Part shown: positions 61,491-64,000 of the stretch, one piece after another | How the letters are laid out: each line of letters opens with the position of its first letter | How positions within the stretch are numbered: position 1 is the first letter of the stretch | Assembly (NCBI GenBank): GCA_965645245.1 | Contig: OZ287078.1 | Location: forward strand, 558,001 to 622,000 | DNA length: 64,000 nucleotides | Reading direction: 5' to 3' | From: Massalongia carnosa | Taxonomy: Eukaryota | The notes under the pieces: generated by a model | The model's database searches: none | Told to the model about the DNA's origin: nothing | What the model saw: the letters and a program-made list of their open reading frames with translations, nothing else | Made by a program: the position numbers and the translations under genes

Positions 61491-64000
61491 CTGTCGCGTA
61501 GTGATAGTCACAAACTCTAGTTATAACAGAGGCAGAAGGTAGTCTCTTGATACGCATGTGTGTCGTAGACGTGGCGCTGGCGAAACGTAGCATTCGCGAA
61601 GTGAGGTCGAGCGATCACGTGTAGGTATACAGATGAAGGTTTTTTCCCCTCGATGAGGGTTTTCCTTCTTTGAAACTTTGATAGCTTTTCTCGCATGGGT
61701 CGGCTGTAGCTGATGTCACAACGAGTATGAATTTAATAATAATAAGGGCATTGTCATGAATATTTTTTGTCGTACCGGTTGTCCTTCCGGACTCGATAAG
61801 GGGGATTTTTTTGACCTACAAGAAATGGTATCTTTTATTAGCGGTCATCAAGAAAAGAAGGAAAGTAGGCACACTATATCACAGCTGTACAGTGACCAGA
61901 ATGTACCGTTGCATCCGCCAAACTGGTAAATAAGGATAGCAATTGCATCTAACACTAGGCTTGTTAGGTTCGACGTGGAGGAACTGCTCTGTATTTCAAA
62001 CATCAAGGAGTATGGCACAGCTTTAGAAAACACTGAAGCAACTTCTCAAGCCTTAAAGACTGTCAACTGGAGGCAGGACACAACGGGATAAGATGTGGAT
62101 ATGAATATATAAATGACGCTAAAATCCTTAAATTGAGAAAAATTATATGCAAGCGCTGAATTTGGAAGCTAGCTCCCACTGGAATTGATGAAAGCAGCGA
62201 TGGTATTATGCGATTGATCTCCCCTCTTTTTGCCCCCATGCATTCCTTTTTCAGGAGCTATGGATAGAGAGTGCGTTGTCCACACGTTCTGATTCATTCT
62301 TTACCTTCTCTTCTTTCGAGCACTGAAATTTGGCAACGAGGACTCCAGTCAAACTTCTGCCCACTATATCGCTGATCAGACTTACGATCAGATTCTTCAA
62401 AGTCGCGCGATTCCTAAGGAGCCGGCTATATTCACCGGCGCCGCGATTCTTCAACGTCGATTCCAATCATCGGGTTTTCGTACCTCTGGCCATACCTTTC
62501 GTATACCCCGCCGGTGAACTCAATCCTGCAGAGGCACTGGTCTTGTCTAGAGTTATCGGGATGTGCCAGCGGAGGTATGCAATAAAGAGGATACAGAGCG
62601 TATATACGCTGTTAAGATGTGGGCGGTTTCGGTCATATTAATAGCTATAATGTGGAAGGATCCTGATAATTCCCATGACCATAGAGGTTGATAAGAGAAA
62701 ATTCGGATTTCTGCGTTCAGTATTATCATGAAAGAGATACACGGTTGAGTAGAGACATCATCCTGGTATCCCCATGGGGTGTTCTGAAAACCAACGGTTG
62801 AATGCGCGCTAGACCTGATCCAACTATTAGTTCACGGGCAAGGGCAATGATGGTGTCATACCAGTGGAGTTGCAAGATCTCACCCGACGATGTGAGGAGT
62901 CTTAAGCTTAGTAGAGTCGAGGAAGATATTTCTCATTTCTCCTTTTACACAGCTCATAATCTCTAAGTTTATAAAAAGCGCATAGTAGCTGAGATGGATT
63001 CATTATTACTAGCTTTTCGGGTTATGATCTTGGGATCTTACTACTTCCATTCGTTATATATTTCGGCGGTACTTATTGGTCTATAATGTGTATAATTCTA
63101 AGTTCGTTACCAAAGAAACTAGCTAGCCAACGCATGCAAAGAAGTACGTTCAATACCTTGTAGCATTGCGTGGAGGTCTTTCCGTAGTTACATTCAAATG
63201 ACAAAAGATCTCGAACCAAACAACAGCTAATGGAAATCATTTGAAAACTGCCTTGAGACTCCCCGACAATAGTCTTCTTTAAGCCATCTTACCATGACCA
63301 AGTACTCACAGTTTCGCTCCAGAACGATCACTTCCTTCGACTTCAATATGCCCCTTTACTAGCTTATTCGCTAGAAATATATACTTACGAAACAAGCTCA
63401 ATGTAAACCTCATACCGAGCATAAATCTGGTGAAACAGGCAGCTCAGTCATATTCAGCTAGTAGCAGAAAATTCTAGTGGTTATTCTTCCTTCATTATGA
63501 GAGATCCTCTTTTACTGTGTAGTCGGAGACGCAACCGATTGAAACCTAGGGGTTGTTCACCCCCCCCCAAGCTAACCATTATTAGCTAGCTTCCGCATTT
63601 AGCAAATTTGAATTAGTCATGCGAACATCAATTTTTTCTTGACTGTTTACCTTTCAAATGAACTTCATTGAACCTCATTCAAGCAATTTAGACCTCGTCA
63701 ATTGCTGTCTTTCTATATACGGGATTTTTACTGTGATTATGGGGCTCAACGAAGAAGAAATCCCGAGTGTTTCAGACAAATCGCCAATCTCAGCGAAGCA
63801 GCATAAAATAAATCACAAAAGAGGTGTCCAAAACATCTTGATAGTCTACTTCCTCTAAATATACCCCTATTCGTGTTATCAACAGGCCTTTTGTTCCATT
63901 AATTGAAGACATTGCTCGAAGTCCTCTGGAATTATTTTAGTTGTTTATAACAAGGTAACATTGTCGCATCATCGCATATTATACCAATATCAAAGCACAC

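Larger units (their letters stand above)
56314..61741 (+). mobile_element. Full-length Tad1-like non-LTR retrotransposon (LINE)
   Basis: Perfect 16-bp TSD ATAAGGGCATTGTCAT (56298-56313, 61742-61757), (TAA)n 3' tail at ~61734-61743, and two long open ORFs. Confidence 0.96.

Noticed and set aside
32000..64000. Starship or other giant mobile element
   Set aside because: No DUF3435/tyrosine-recombinase captain, no cargo genes and no boundary repeats were recognised

Overview
Eukaryotic DNA from a filamentous ascomycete (Pezizomycotina-type): short GT-AG introns with CTRAC/CTAAT branch points and microsatellite-rich intergenic tracts. The left half (1-32 kb) holds conserved genes (SMI1/KNR4, MMM1, VRG4 GDP-mannose transporter, a phosducin-like TXNDC9/PLP gene, cardiolipin synthase CRD1, and the WOPR regulator RYP1/WOR1/SGE1). 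It also holds a large multi-exon TRANK1-like SF1 helicase gene, a frameshifted F-box-like relic and a dead Fot1/pogo transposon. The right half (32-64 kb), upstream of RYP1, has no recognisable host gene. It carries a full-length hAT transposon (20-bp TIRs, 8-bp TSD), a second Fot1/pogo element lacking a visible right TIR, and an apparently intact Tad1-like LINE (16-bp TSD, TAATG ORF1/ORF2 overlap). Two observations stand out. (1) The spliced N-terminal part of the helicase looks like a RelE/ParE-type toxin fold, giving a toxin-helicase-TPR-IQ architecture reminiscent of immune or defence proteins. (2) The first Fot1 element was inactivated almost entirely by CC>TC / GG>GA transitions, a RIP-like process with CpC rather than canonical CpA specificity. 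All assignments come from motif recognition by eye; no searches were run.
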